This document shows positions 40,001-54,115 of a stretch of 64,000 bases of DNA, piece by piece. The notes beneath the pieces are model-generated. The model searched no databases and was not told the DNA's origin. It saw only the letters and a program-made list of their open reading frames with translations. The position numbers and the translations under genes are program-made. The stretch is taken from assembly GCF_964204645.1 (NCBI RefSeq), contig NC_134025.1, forward strand, positions 5,208,001-5,272,000, in the 5' to 3' direction. How positions within the stretch are numbered: the stretch's first letter is position 1; every line of letters starts with the position of its first letter. The DNA is from Tubulanus polymorphus (Eukaryota > Animalia > Nemertea).

Positions 40001-43000
40001 AATATATTCATTAATCCATCGGTTTTAAGAACGCTTAGTCGGCAAATCAAACGAGAGCCCGTGCAGCCAAAATAATGAGCACAAATACAGACGCAGCGCA
40101 TAAATCTGTAATTTTCCATTTAAGTACGACGAATGTCAAATTGCACGCCATTTGCGAGCAATTACAAGTTCTGAAATTAATGGGAGTGCATACAGCAGAG
40201 CTATGTCACAACTACATGAGCTGGCGACAATATGACTTCTTAATGAAGCCGGAAACAACTGGTAGATGGGCATCGAGCACGAGCAAACAGTATTTTATTT
40301 GCCGTGTACACCCTGTATACAATGCGCAAAAATTCGCTTCATAAATAAGGTATGTTTTCCACTACTAAAGGTAACTGGAAAACAGGGCATTTTTTGCGAA
40401 GGATTCAGACGCTTTATTTTTACATTTCATACTTTCTCAGCCAGACAAACAATGCGTATATATACATCTCTATCTCTTCCATGATGATAAAACAAAATAA
40501 TCCAAAGCAACTGCAAAATACACATATCTCCTTTCAAAAAGGAAGGAACAGTTGCTCGAAAGAATCAACAATCTAGGTTGTTGTTGTTATGAAAATACAC
40601 GTTTCTCTGCTTGAGAAACACTTAAGCGAAAATACTAATTTAGAAGGGACTCAAACATGATGCACAAACACCGACCTTATAAAGCATGGGAACTAATTTT
40701 CTCCATCCCCCATATTCATAAAAAGCAATTACAGCCAAACAACAGTGCATTGACCTGCGTGACAAGCCAAAATGCATAATATACTAACAATATGGCAATT
40801 GGGCCACAAAATTAGAACCTTGGAATACACATTTCACTCAATAATCTGCCATAAACAACGCAAATCAAAAGGGCAGAAGTCCATGACTAACGGTTCCGTC
40901 TCTAATGACAGGAGTGTCGTTTTCCTTCAGGAGCGTCCTTCAAGGCCAAGTCACCCTTTCTTCGCTCTATCTATTGTATATCCATAGAAATCTAGGTATT
41001 TAGGTGTAATAAACTGATATCTAGTAATCTGCTAGTAGCATCAAGTCTTTCTCAAAGATAGAAGGATCGAACACAACTCCAGTGCAAATAACATATTCAA
41101 CATGAATGATTTATATTCAAACAACTGAAATTTCAGTCCCCATTGTCGCAGTATTTTGTCAGCCATAACACATGTTGTTTGTTGTGGGTCAATACGCACC
41201 CAAACTGATAATATTTGGAAGGAATGCGCATCAATCATTGATACAGATATCAAACTTGATTCAATCATATCAGATAATAAACCGTCTCATATATTGTATC
41301 ACATCAAAATATGCAGTCAAAGATCGTGTATTATTGGAATGGGCAAAAAATTCAATGGCCTAATATAAAGAAAATCTTGAGGTCAAAATTAGCCACACAC
41401 ATACTATATTTTCAAGTTTCTGGAATTTCACGAACCATCATTGTTGAACAAAGTCGAGTTCACGAATGCCGAATGATTTCCCGGTATAAAAAGTCGGATT
41501 AGTAGCGCAGTGATCTACAGTTAGTGATCTGATGATCGATCATCTTATCGTCGCGGGAGTCATCTTATAACACGACACTTCTTAATCATCATCATCATCA
41601 TCTAAGGATCATCGTGTCTTGCTCCTTGAGTCGCTTCGCATGAGAACTGTTGATGAAACATCGAGCAACTCGTCCTAGTGCGTATACATCATATGCAAAT
41701 CCTTCGACACGAAAAAGAGAGTGGGAGAAAAAAACCCGAAAAATTATGCGTTATAGAAATTGATGAGGTATTCCTGCATATTGAATCCATTTAGACGTTT
41801 TTGCCGTGAAAGTTGTGGCACAGGTTTCAGAGTCGATTCATCAATTATACAACGGTAGCACGGGCATGAAATTGACCAACCGCTGCCGCGATTGCGAAAA
41901 GAACATCCATTCAATCAGTATTCGATGCAATTTGTAGCCGTATCATGTACTAGAAAGCCCCGGAGCCGACCCCGTTCGCTCGAAGGGTTCCTGGCGTTCT
42001 GCTCAGGCAGAAAACTGATAGACGCCATGTTTCCGATAAAAGATAATGCCAAACCAGAAAAATAACCGTAGACCCTCTATATAAATGAGGATGGAAGTAG
42101 ATGCGGTAAACAACAGATAAGTGAGCATAGGCATAGGCATCACTTTAGATCAGCAGCAATAAGAGAAATCCTGAGATCGCCACTGGCAAGGGTAAATCAA
42201 ATGATAAAAAAGACTCATTCTTTTTGTACTGTACATAAATTCAATATTGTCTTATCTACAATGACCAGAAACATACGCAATTCAGATAATGCTGCGGGGA
42301 ACTGTAAATTTTCTGATAGCGAAGAAGAGTTTCGAGATTCTCGAAGAGCGAGAAACGGAAATTCAATTTCGTTTGATCCGCCGCTGACACCGTACGTTCA
42401 ACGCAGTGAACCGTAAACATATAATGAATCACTAATCATTTTATCGAAGTGCTTATCGATATAAACCTCGTCCGCTACGTATCAGCGTAAAACAGACACG
42501 CATTTCACACCCATAAATGTGAAGAGACTAAGCGTTAAAAACGACTTTCGGTAATTGAAAATCGATGGGTGTTTAATTCATTCAAGCGGAAGAATAAAAG
42601 ATAGTGAAAGCCTGAAATAATGATGCGCGAGGCGAGGCTTTACATCATAGCCATGATCGATACATTATTTTGAAGAAACTAAACGAATTGTGCCTTTTGA
42701 ATTTCATTTTATTGATAAATTATTTGGCAGTAAATAAACATAAAGGCAGCGCGATGAAAATGCCTTAAAATGAAGGTCAAGTCCCGTTGAAATTCTCATA
42801 AAATGGTCTAATATTAATAATACTGTTTACATTGCTTTCACGACAAATTTTTCTATATTAACAATAAAATATTAGTAGTGGGTTCTTGAGAAACTACCAG
42901 TCACCACTTATCTGCACCTGGCTGCATGAGGTATGGACAACTGTTTGCTCATCGAATGCAATTGAGAGTGCTCAAAAAGAGAACGCTAACGCTATTTTCG

Positions 43001-46000
43001 AAGGCAGATCACGAATTTATTGTGTGCACGGCATTTTTGTCCACGAAAACGCGCGGGATCAAATAATTTTCAGTTATTCCGATGACTATTCACCTGTCAC
43101 ACCACTGTATTAAAAACATTCATATAAACAAATATTTGTTCGCTAGTGACCAAACATCGAAACGTGTGATTCTATAGTTTCTGACAATAAATAGGCCATT
43201 TAAATATCCAACAAACGCCGACCGCTATGCTGCTATGAATTACCCAATAGCATTGACATTCAAACTGCACCCAAAATTTAAAAAATTCATCCCAAATTAA
43301 ATTCATCGCAATTATCAAATGTGACCATGCAGATTCATCAAATTCCTGGTATTGAGTCATCATTCATTTGCATATAGAATTCATCCAGAATTTTGTAGAT
43401 TGTGTTTGTGGATTCGAAGCTGCAGCCTGTGAAAGTAGGCCAAATCTGGTGAATTTGAAAATGATTCTTAAATTTTCTAAGTCTTCAGCGCCCGCTGATT
43501 ACTAATATACCTGATCTATGAAGCACGCCGCACGGTGTATTCGATTAAAAACAAATAGAAGACAGGGATCTACTGACAGTATGCCAATACCAGTGGCATT
43601 TTAAATCAAGAATTTTCTAATTAAGAGCCCTTCTTGCGCGGGGGAGGAAATAGATTTCTCTGAACGAATAAAGCGAAAATTTATCATCTTCGAGACACGC
43701 GAATAAAGGGATGAGGGTTAAATGCATTAGATGCGATGCATTCAGTATCGTGATTAATTTAGTGAAGTTTATTGTGACAGATACTGCTATAATTGAGTCT
43801 ATGAATAATTGATGTATGGGCTCTGGAGTTGAAAAAAGCATCAGCCTCTCTACTTCTCTCTCCCCTTCCCTCCGCTGGAAACTAAATCATGTTTGAATAA
43901 ACTCATTCACTCTATTACCCTATTTCCGTATTCGTATCTTTAATTTCGATATTGCAAATGAACATCGCTGCGTAACACACAAAATATCAAAGAAATTAAT
44001 AGGAAGTTATTAGACGTTGTCTTAATCCCTTCTTATTCAGCCAGAGGAGACTAAAATATCAAACATCATGCGAGGTAAATCCGCAAACATTCCGAATGAA
44101 GATTTTTTGCATAGATGGCTGATATCATTTTTTTCCCATTTCAGTGATGAAAACATCATTTACACAGGAGTAACGCAAGGAAAGAATCTTCCTTTTTTTA
44201 CAGAGCAACAAGCTTCTCTACAAAAAACATTCGAGTTGTCCATCAACTGCAGTATAGTTGATCGGGTCCGCATATGCTGGTTTCCCATGCTTATACTACT
44301 ATCCGGTAAAGAATAAGAACACAGGGTAAGTAATAATGCATGAGGAAACAAACAAGACCCATTTCCTTTTCTACGCTTTTTACTTTTTTTAGAATAAAGA
44401 AGCATAGAATGGTAGATAGTTTTCCAATGATAGAAACATAAGAAATGAAGTTTGAAAGATGATAATACAAACAACTAACTTGAAAGTTTGACGACGCCTT
44501 GAGAAATAACGCAGATATTGCTTAAAATTGTCGACAATAAATAATATGATATCAATCATATAATATCAAGGATCAATAAAGTTATTTTGGATTTGAATAT
44601 ATCGATAATTGAATTGAATTGACAACCAGTCTAGCCCTGATATATTGATGAAGTCGTGCACATGCTCTCAAAATAATTAAGCTCATTAAAATCTATCAAA
44701 AATAAGAGTAGTTACAAAAAAAGTAAAAATTCACAATTGTAATTGTTATTTTAAACCGCCAATATTGATGATGTAGTGCACACTGACTCAAACAGAACCC
44801 CTTAAATAACGCAATGGCCTACTAGGTATCAATGTATATAGAATTATCGTAACGGTTTGAAAGATGGTTACTGTTTTTTCGAGCAAGAAGAAATCTTAAT
44901 CAATATTTCCGGCCTCATCCGTGGACCCGATGGCGTTTCGATGAAAATGATATTTCCTTGAGAAGATCATCTGCCTAATTGAAATATTCACAGTCGTAGA
45001 GGGAAATCAAGTCTACCTCAACGCCTCCGATCGAATTGAATGCTCTTCGCTCACAGGGGATGCGACGAGAAAGTCAAGTGTCACGCATAAATGTTAGTCA
45101 AATGATGATATATATCAGTCAGGGGAAAGATAAATCAATCATCCTCTGATCGGTGAAATTAATGAAGCGAAATAATACTGATAAATCACATTACAGCACA
45201 CAAACTAGAATCTTTTTCACACTCAAAATAAACATGCATATTTTTGACACATGCATCATATCCTACGTAAAAACCATTTAGTTTCGAATATTCAACCGCT
45301 GACAAGCCTGTACATTTGAAATCATAAATTTCGAAACAGATATTTCTTCATCTCAATGCTATAGGTTTGTAAACATTTCTCCAGTCTCCAGGACATTATT
45401 CTCACCAAGGAAAAAAACACATCTGGAAAAAACTCTCAGATAATAAACTTCTGATATATATTGGCAAAGAAAAAAACTATATGAACCATGAAGAAGAGTA
45501 AACAGTTAGAAGCTGTGGGATTATATTATGTTGTTTAGTCTACTGATTAACCATGTAAATACCCTGCTTCTGCGCGAGATACGCTTCACTTCGTCCTAAA
45601 TTGAAAAACCGACTTCATCAACAACGTTCTCGTAAATATTCTCATAAAAATTCCTAAAGATGTAATATGAATTGAATCTACAGGCATCTGTGAATCAAAA
45701 AATGGGTGAAAATAAAATCATAACCTGTAGCTAGACAGGGAAATGAAAGCGAACGACCAGAAAAAAGATCCTGAATATCCCTGAGTAAATGAGCACAAAT
45801 CTATATTTTATGGAGAACATAACCCTAAAAGAATCTATTCTAATCGTAATTACCACATTTTCTTATCAATCAATTGAAGCGAATCATCAACACTGAATCA
45901 ACTGTAGTGGAGGTCTCTAGTACGTTATCTTCTGTTACATACTACGTGGCCTGTTATACAAACCGGTAAATCTTTCATCGAGAAATTACCAGTTATACCA

Positions 46001-49000
46001 CTGTTACATGTGTTTTCGCAAGGCTTAATAGTTTCCAACGAAAAGTCGGGGAAATGGAGAAATACGTGTTAAAAGTTTGTTCGGTCTAACGTGAACAGAG
46101 ATAATGAACATGTCAATGTTACATTATCCTGACTTTTCTTCGAAGAAATCTACAAAGGATTTGATGAGGTTTCAATTACTGGTATTTTAGATTAATCGTT
46201 TGAAGTCACGTTTCGACTTCCCACGGTAATTCTATCCGCGATGAAGAATTTGATGAGGTTTCGATTATTCTGGTTGGTTTTGTAAGGTCATTTATACCTG
46301 GTAGAAAATGCCAATACGCCCTCGAAAGAAGAAATCTGAGCGAAAATCTTAGCATTCAGATAAGATAAGATTTCTGCTTTAGGATTTTTCAGTTGTACCT
46401 AAGTTAATTACTGTGGCGAACTAGCAGGTGAAACACAGAATAAAACATGGAGAAATTATAAATAAAAATCGGATATTGACAACAATGGCGCAAAGAAAAT
46501 CAAACAACTTTGCCTTGACGATGAATAGGACGTCCAACTGTGGATTTCCAGCTGACAAGAAACTTCCATCCCGAAGCTAGTCTCAACCCCCGGAGTGGTT
46601 CTTCCACGTATGCTTGTGTGGACAAAAGCCGTACATTCATGATCAATAACTAAAATCAATTATTTCTGCATTCAAGTTCTCAGTGTGAATTAGCTGGACA
46701 CTATCTATTATCATGCGTGCAATGAGCGTTCACGGCATGGGCAGCTTTAAGCCGAAGTGTTTTTAGTTTTGGACAAGTCTGAGTGTACATAGCTATTGTC
46801 GAGCTTCATGTGGGGGTATACACAGTTTACATACATTAGGTACACATTAGAGTGTGAAGCCATGAGACATACACACAGAAAATCAAAAGCTTTCATAATT
46901 TCCAATTCCAAACATGTATACATTCATAGTACATATATTTCAGAACCATAAATTAGAAAGTAAAAAGAGAATTTAGAACTTAACAATGTGATCATTGCTC
47001 CAAAATGAAATACAAAATCTTATTTTCTTAGCAACAAATTTGGGAAAATCCATTTGCACAAAAACCAGAGATGAAAGTGTCATTAAGGAATCAACCATAT
47101 GGAGATTTCTACGGTACACACGACGAGTATAGTAAAGTGTGTTCAGTGGGAAACAACTGATGGAAAATGACATTTCCACGAGCATTGAAAAGGCGGAAGC
47201 CTCGCCGAAGGGCTCCACCACGTCATGACATCTTCTGTCACAATACTACAAGTCAGCCACTCAAATCATGGGGATTTGTGTTCATGATTTCACCATGTGT
47301 TGTGATATAGAGCTGGTCAAGATGCATCCTCAACGCTTTTTGAAAGCAAACCGGCGCACACCTCTTCATCAAAGATGTCATTTATATTGCATTAAAATAT
47401 TGACGCGAAAAGATGTGAAGAGCTATTGAAAATCTGTGTTAAAAGAGAAACTACTGACTCAATATCGAAGTTGTGTGATCAGTTGCATGCGCGCTAAAAA
47501 CAGCGAATACGTATTAACACCCAGTACAACAGAGAAGCATGAAAAAAGTGGTAAAATTAAATCAGTTTCTCTTCCTGCTGCTATTTTTCCTATCTTCTTA
47601 TTCTGAAAACAACGCAGTCGACCTTAATTGCATTGGATTTCTCAATTGGAATATTGGTGATATATGAGCATTCCAAGACCATTATCTGAAGATAAGAGCG
47701 TTCGGCAAAGTTCGGTAAATGGTCTTCTTAAAAAATATGCACATACCTTAAATACATGATGCAAACGATACCATGGAGTACAAGGTTGACCAGATGATAT
47801 GACATGGGTTCTAATTCACTAATAGCATAGTTCAAGCGGAATGTTAATACACACAAAGGCCGATATGACTTATGGCTTCTTTCCTGAAATGAGAAAAACA
47901 CTTCGCTAGTCACTGACATAGGGATGAATATGACCTTGGAGTTATAATTTGACAAATTATGACTCCAAGATATGACAGACGAGAAATCATTTGAAGAATC
48001 GCTAACTAGCTTCAACCGGCATCAACTGCACTGAGGATGTCATGAGCTTCAAACGGCATCAGACTGCACTGAGGATGTCATGAGCTATCTTCATTTGCCT
48101 TAATCATCGTGATTATCTACACCGAACACAAGTCCATTCATCGAAAATTTAACAAAGTTATAAAAAGAACCGTTTTTACTTTAAGAGCGTTGAAACGGAA
48201 AATATATTTCATGACATTTATGTGTATTTTATGGGCTCGAATACTTGATAGATAGGTCATACATTTTTATTGAACAGTTTTATTTTTATTGCTAGTTTGC
48301 CTACAATAATACAACACTTTCATTTGCAATTCTAATCATTCGCAAATAATATATTGTCATAAAACGAGCGCATATTTTATGATGGTCCTATTGTTATTTT
48401 CACATTTCCAATGCTTACGGTACGTCACCTATTGAATTCAATACATTTAGTTACACCGGCTTGACCCTACACTGGACTTTCGGAGTACAATTCACCAGGT
48501 AGCAATGGCTACCAGCTTGAAATACTTTGTCAAATCATGAGGAGCCCGTGGTCAAAGGGAATTTCTACTCCTTGTGGTGAGAAATTGCCATTGAAATTGC
48601 AGAGGTTGTTAAGAACGAATGGCAGTTCTACCTGGGTAAAGGACACACACACACTTGCTTAAGAAACAACAAGACCACGGAACCATAGTTAAGAAGCTTA
48701 GATTTCAAATGAATAACAACGCAATGCTGCGTAGAACACAACAGCGGACTTTCTATACAGTCACAAATTCAATCTATATCACAATTTGCTGATTGAATTT
48801 TCGATTCGCGGATTCGCTAATCGATTTTAGTCGAGTAACAATGCACGACTTCCATCGAAATTATGCAAAATTTGATGTATAATCATCGCATCTACGTCGA
48901 CAGAACACTTACATTATGAAAGCAATCAATTGAGTGACAGGCTTTTTGTGGATGAGTTACAAAAACCGACCAGCTAAAGCACCACTTCAAAGGGGGTATA

Positions 49001-49497
49001 TATATCGGCAAGAATGCTTCATGTTTCCACGAATGTCAAAACAACGTGAATAGATTCAAACACGCTATAAATGTGTAATGTCGGCGACGAATACAAAACT
49101 GGATCGCAAACAAGAATACAGTCTTTAACACATGTTTTCAAACCTTCGAAACTTGAAATGTGTTGAGCAATTAAATAGTTCTGAATTTTTGTTCGGGATA
49201 TCTTTTATAAGCCAGGGAACTTTCGTGATCTTTTTCGATTTAATCGGTCTTATAATCTATCACTGCCTTAATAGTATAGTTAAAAGAGATTGTGTGCACA
49301 AGACTTACCTTATGCATCGGCGTTCCCCAAAAATCGTTCCAGAACAGATTGAGAAGTGGCGTATATGGACGCAGGTCTTTGTTTTCTTTAATTGCTGATA
49401 CATCATCGAATACGAATCCACATTGTAATGAATTATAATAGCAAACGCATACAACAAGGAAAACTGTCAATGAATAAATATTCATCAAATCCATCAT
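34056..49497 (-). CDS. TMTC3: Protein O-mannosyltransferase TMTC3 (TM domain, DUF1736, TPR repeats); multi-exon
   Basis: [93 protein letters not shown], then TPR exons. Confidence 0.93.
39277..39541. mobile_element. Possible degenerate MITE in a TMTC3 intron
   Basis: Imperfect inverted ends: TAGTCTATAGCCGCAAT versus the right-end reverse complement TAGTCCTATAAGCCACGAC. The interior is GC-richer. Confidence 0.3.
48007..48086. repeat. About 37-bp tandem duplication (GGCATCA[G]ACTGCACTGAGGATGTCATGAGCT)
   Basis: Two near-identical adjacent copies. Confidence 0.85.
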
Positions 49498-49699
49498 TTG
49501 AGAAGCCTGAAAAACACCAATAACAACACTATCAAATTTACAGAATATTAACTTAAAAGTCGATTGTATCATATCTTCAGTTGGGTCATATGGACAAGTC
49601 AAACTGGGATAGGTTAAAATTGTAAAATTCAAACCTTGTATCTGTGCTTTTTTAGAATACCAGGTAGCTTTCGAAACAAGACAAAGCCTTGAAAGTAAT

Positions 49700-49732
49700 A
49701 GGCCTACAGCCTAGGCCTACAGCCTAGGCCTA
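49700..49732. repeat. 13-bp tandem repeat TAGGCCTACAGCC x2.5
   Basis: Read directly; contains the palindrome TAGGCCTA. Confidence 0.8.
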
Positions 49733-52292
49733 TTTCTGAACTCCTGATAGAGAAGCGACTTTGAAACCCTCAGAATAACATGTGTTCAATGACTAATCAT
49801 TAAGAAATATCAAGTAATGACATTGATAAGAAAAATATAGTGGTCATGTATTACAAGCTAAATGTATATGAAAAAGTACACATCTGAAACCTAACTTCAA
49901 ACTAGGCAAACACATTTCATCTATCAATTATTCAGTTTAGGCCTATGGAAATGACAATTATCACCATAACACTAAAACCAATGAATTATACTAAGAAGAA
50001 CCTACAATAAGGGCACCTATATTCCTACAAATACAGACCTGATATGAATTGCCTTTAATCTATTAAATACACATTTTGAAATTTTTTTTCTTCAGTAATT
50101 CATTAACAGAATACTAGTTACTAGTTTGTTAGTTTAAAAACAAAAAGCAAACACAAATTAGTTGGACTGACATAATCAAATCTAAATGCTATATCCTTTT
50201 TAAACACAGTAGCAATTTAGCGATATAGAACTAATGATACATAAAATTGACCTAATATAAAAATATATACATTACCAACCTCCTCATTAAGACCTTTTTT
50301 CGGTGCAATAACCAAATTGTTATTAATGATAGAACGCTGTTTTCGATTATAAGTGTGATCCCGTTTCATTTTCACGTGTTGGTAATAATTAAATGTATCC
50401 TAATTGAATATTGCTATTTATCCTTAATAGAAGTCGTAAATAAATCCGTCATTTACGAAACGCGCATATAGGTGTAGACAGCTAGATCGGTGTTGACTGT
50501 TCTCAACTGGCAAGTCTGGTCAACTCTGCTGAATAACAACAATATCGTGAGCCAGGTTTTCTCAAGCACACGCTGGGCTACCTTATTACTGGCGCTTCCT
50601 GCTGAGTTATAAATATGAACGACCATGCGTACAAGTGCGCTACTGTTCGCATAATAAAATATATACCGGGATGTCGATGAAAGCTGCAAAAAACATTCTT
50701 TATAGGATCCTGCAAATTAACGCATACACACACACACAATCACACAAACATTATTATGTATATGCTTAGTTGTTGTTCGCATATGTAATTAGTGGCAAAG
50801 GATTGATCGAACTTCGAACAACAGTTTTCCACTAATGAATGCTAATCCATGTCTATTGAAGGCATGCCTGGCACTGGTTCTACTAAACACTGTCGCATAC
50901 ACACGTCATTATAACGACGCACGACAACTTTCAATGGATTACAGTAGGGAAAAATTTAATAGTCGCTTCACTGAAGGCTTAAAAATAGTCACAAAACACA
51001 GAAATAATCAACCATAATGCTGTAATCAGTGAGCCAACTGCCTTCATTAATCATATAATTCCTATTTCTAGCTAAATTTAGCCTGAATTTGCTCGTTACC
51101 TTTTTAGCTATCCCTCACGTGAGACTGAAAATTGTTTAATTTTTGACAAAATAAAAATCTACATTTTTCATTAGATCCAGGCACTATGTATGGCAAAGGG
51201 CCCCAGTGCAGGTTATTGAGTCTTATCAGTAATCAATGGATTAATACAATCAGAAGGCATATATAATACGACCATATAATACACTTTACTTTAAAATAGA
51301 TAACTGTATATAATATTTCAAATTCATATCATATTTCAAATACCCATGCCATTCTAATTACATTACCAGCAATATTTCTTCACAACCCTTATCCTTTTAC
51401 CTCATAATTCATATATCCAAAAATATCTACCTTAATGTTTGTCAATATTTTTGAGAAAATGATTGAAGAAATATAAAAAAAATAAGATAAAAGTATCAAA
51501 AATTCATAAGGAAATGAGAAATTGTGTAGAACTACTATTTTACCCTTTATTTAAAGGATAGCAAAATGAGAATGACAATCTCAAAGAATCTAATTTAATT
51601 AACGCCTAATGAAGTTAAATACATCGGACGTAATCCAAGCAGACTAATTTCTTGCAAAAAGCGTCATCAAAAAGTGATTTGTTTATCGTTCAGAAGTTAG
51701 AAACAGCTTTAATATGAATAGAAGTTTTAGAAAATGTGAGCTTATAACATACGTGAAATATTCCTTCGTAATTGACAATATTTTTAGGCTTTTTTATTCC
51801 TTTTTTCGAATTAAATGGTTAGATGGCACATATCCAGTCGTCGCAGTAGACGCCATCGCTAGGATATTCGGACGGTGTTGCCATCTATAGTTTAATGGTT
51901 GCAATGTCCAGTCCATGAGTCCGAATCTGATTCCGGGAGTTAATGCCACTCACTGTAATACCGCTATGATATTGATATCGATTTACTGAAATAGCGAATT
52001 CTGGAAATAATATACTATATACAATAAAACAACTGATATTTCAAATAAAATATATTCTTTTCATAGGATTGCTATATGTTTAAACACGCAAGAGTGTATA
52101 ATATTGATAGACTATTTTCTAAAGTAATTGACAAAATTCTAGAATCGCCGTTTCCAGACCAATGTGTATGTTTTTCGAAAGTTTTCCATCGTTTCAACTT
52201 TATTTACTTCCGGGTTGATGATTATGAGTCAACTGTGAACTGTCAAAAACAAAAATAGAATAGTTAACAGAAATTTTGACATAAAAACGATC

Positions 52293-53695
52293 ATGTTTAC
52301 GAAAAAACCCACTGCTAAAGGTAGGAAATAAAATGATTTGTACTCCTCTTGTAGTGATGGATGGCATCTTCCGTCCCTCCTTACAAAGATAGAAAATTAA
52401 GATGACATCTATCTTCTTTTCAATCAATTTTATTGACTCAAATGAGTGGGATTTTAACTTATTCTCTACATTGTTAAGCTAATCACGTATTGCAGAACAA
52501 ATGCGACAGCAAGATAGACAGATGAAGAGAAATGTTCGAGATGTAGAAAAGGAGAGAGCAAACTTGGAAAGAGAAGAAAAGAAACTCGTGAGTTTACAGA
52601 GATAGATTTAGCCGAGTGAGGCCTCATCATTTCTGGGTTTCCAATCCATCTCTAAAAAAGAAATTTTATCTAGTTTAGTCTTTTAAAATTCTTTAGGAAA
52701 TGGACATAAAGAAAGCTGCTAAACAAGGAAATAAACAGGTAATTGTGATAAATTACAAGTTGCCTTCTATTCCATAAGTATGAAACCATACTATGGATGT
52801 CATAAACTGATTTTGTAGTTGTCATTGATTAGTTCAAAATGCTCTTATACAGGTGGCTACCATATTGGCAAAACAACTCATCAATATTAGAAAACAGAAA
52901 ACAAAAACTTACTCTATGGGATCTAAAATGCAGTCTATTAATACTCAGGCAAAGGTAAGACATTTGATATCTACTCGTACGTTTTGGAATGACTGCTTTT
53001 GTTTGAATATAATTTATTTCTTTTTTGCTTTTTCAGATGATGCACTCTAATGTCAAAATGGCTGAAACTATGGCAAACACCACAAAGGTAAGTTCTTGCA
53101 ATTGATGCGGAAAAAGCACATTGTTGAACTCTGGTATGCATTTTGGTTCTTATTCATGAATTATCTATTAAAGGCTATGCAGTCAACGAATAAAGTTATG
53201 GATCCTCAGAAAACATTAAAAACTATGAAAGATTTCGAAAAGGAGAGTATGAAAATGGATATGTCAGAAGAAATGAGTAAGTTTCATTGACTGAAGCTAT
53301 GTTTGACATGAGATATGCTGGTTTTATGCCTATTCATTTTTCACTTTTTTCTAGTGAATGATGTAATGGATGATATATTTGATGAATCCGGAGACGAAGA
53401 AGAACAAGATGCCATTGTCAACCAGGTTCTTGATGAAATAGGCATTGAGATCTCTGGAAAGGTAAACTTACTTTCCTGTTGCCATTAACTGTAATATTTA
53501 AACTCGCCTTGGTTCCCCTATCGATATCGTTCCTGTTTCAGAGATGATAATGATGACTTGAGATGATTTGAGTAAAAATTATTTTCTCTACAGGTTATTG
53601 GTGCACCAAAGGCGAGATCTGGTGAATTGGGTGAGGCGTCCGGTGTTACAGATGAAGATATAGAAAGACAGTTGGCCCAGTTAAAAGCGCTATAG
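52293..53695 (+). CDS. CHMP2B: Charged multivesicular body protein 2b (ESCRT-III)
   Basis: MFTKKPTAK|EQMRQQDR...LEREEKKL|EMDIKKAAKQGNK, ATILAKQLINIRKQK, DEEEQDAIVNQVLDEIGIEISGK and C-terminal MIM DEDIERQLAQLKAL. ETS motif ACTTCCGG at about 52206. Confidence 0.93.
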
Positions 53696-54115
53696 TATAA
53701 GCACGTTGTCATTCTATTTTAACGTTATGATATTAAGAAATTCATCGATAAGAATGAATCTGTGATGTTTGTATATAATTGTGTAAATATATTTATATTG
53801 AGTAATCGAAGAGAGTTTGTTGGATTTGATTTTAAATGATTTGAAGTTTTGCTGATAAGGATCTTATTCTGAACTTTGCTTAAAATTAGATTTCAATCTC
53901 TAGTCATGAGAATTATTTGGAAGCAGTAATGATGTGGATCTGGTGTGCCTGTTAGGCTACCGGACCACTGGCAAGTGAGACACTGCTAGGTGGCAGTAGG
54001 TGACGGTGGATTACGTTTACACTCCACAATTTCCAGAATATTCGTGGTAGCTGTCAAAACGACTATTCAAAAGCATATCTTAAGCAATCTGAGACGAGAT
54101 ACCTAAAATCCAACC

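Noticed and set aside
33839-49732. Short tandem repeats as CRISPR-like arrays
   Set aside because: No unique spacers, only 2-3 units, and a eukaryotic intron-containing context.
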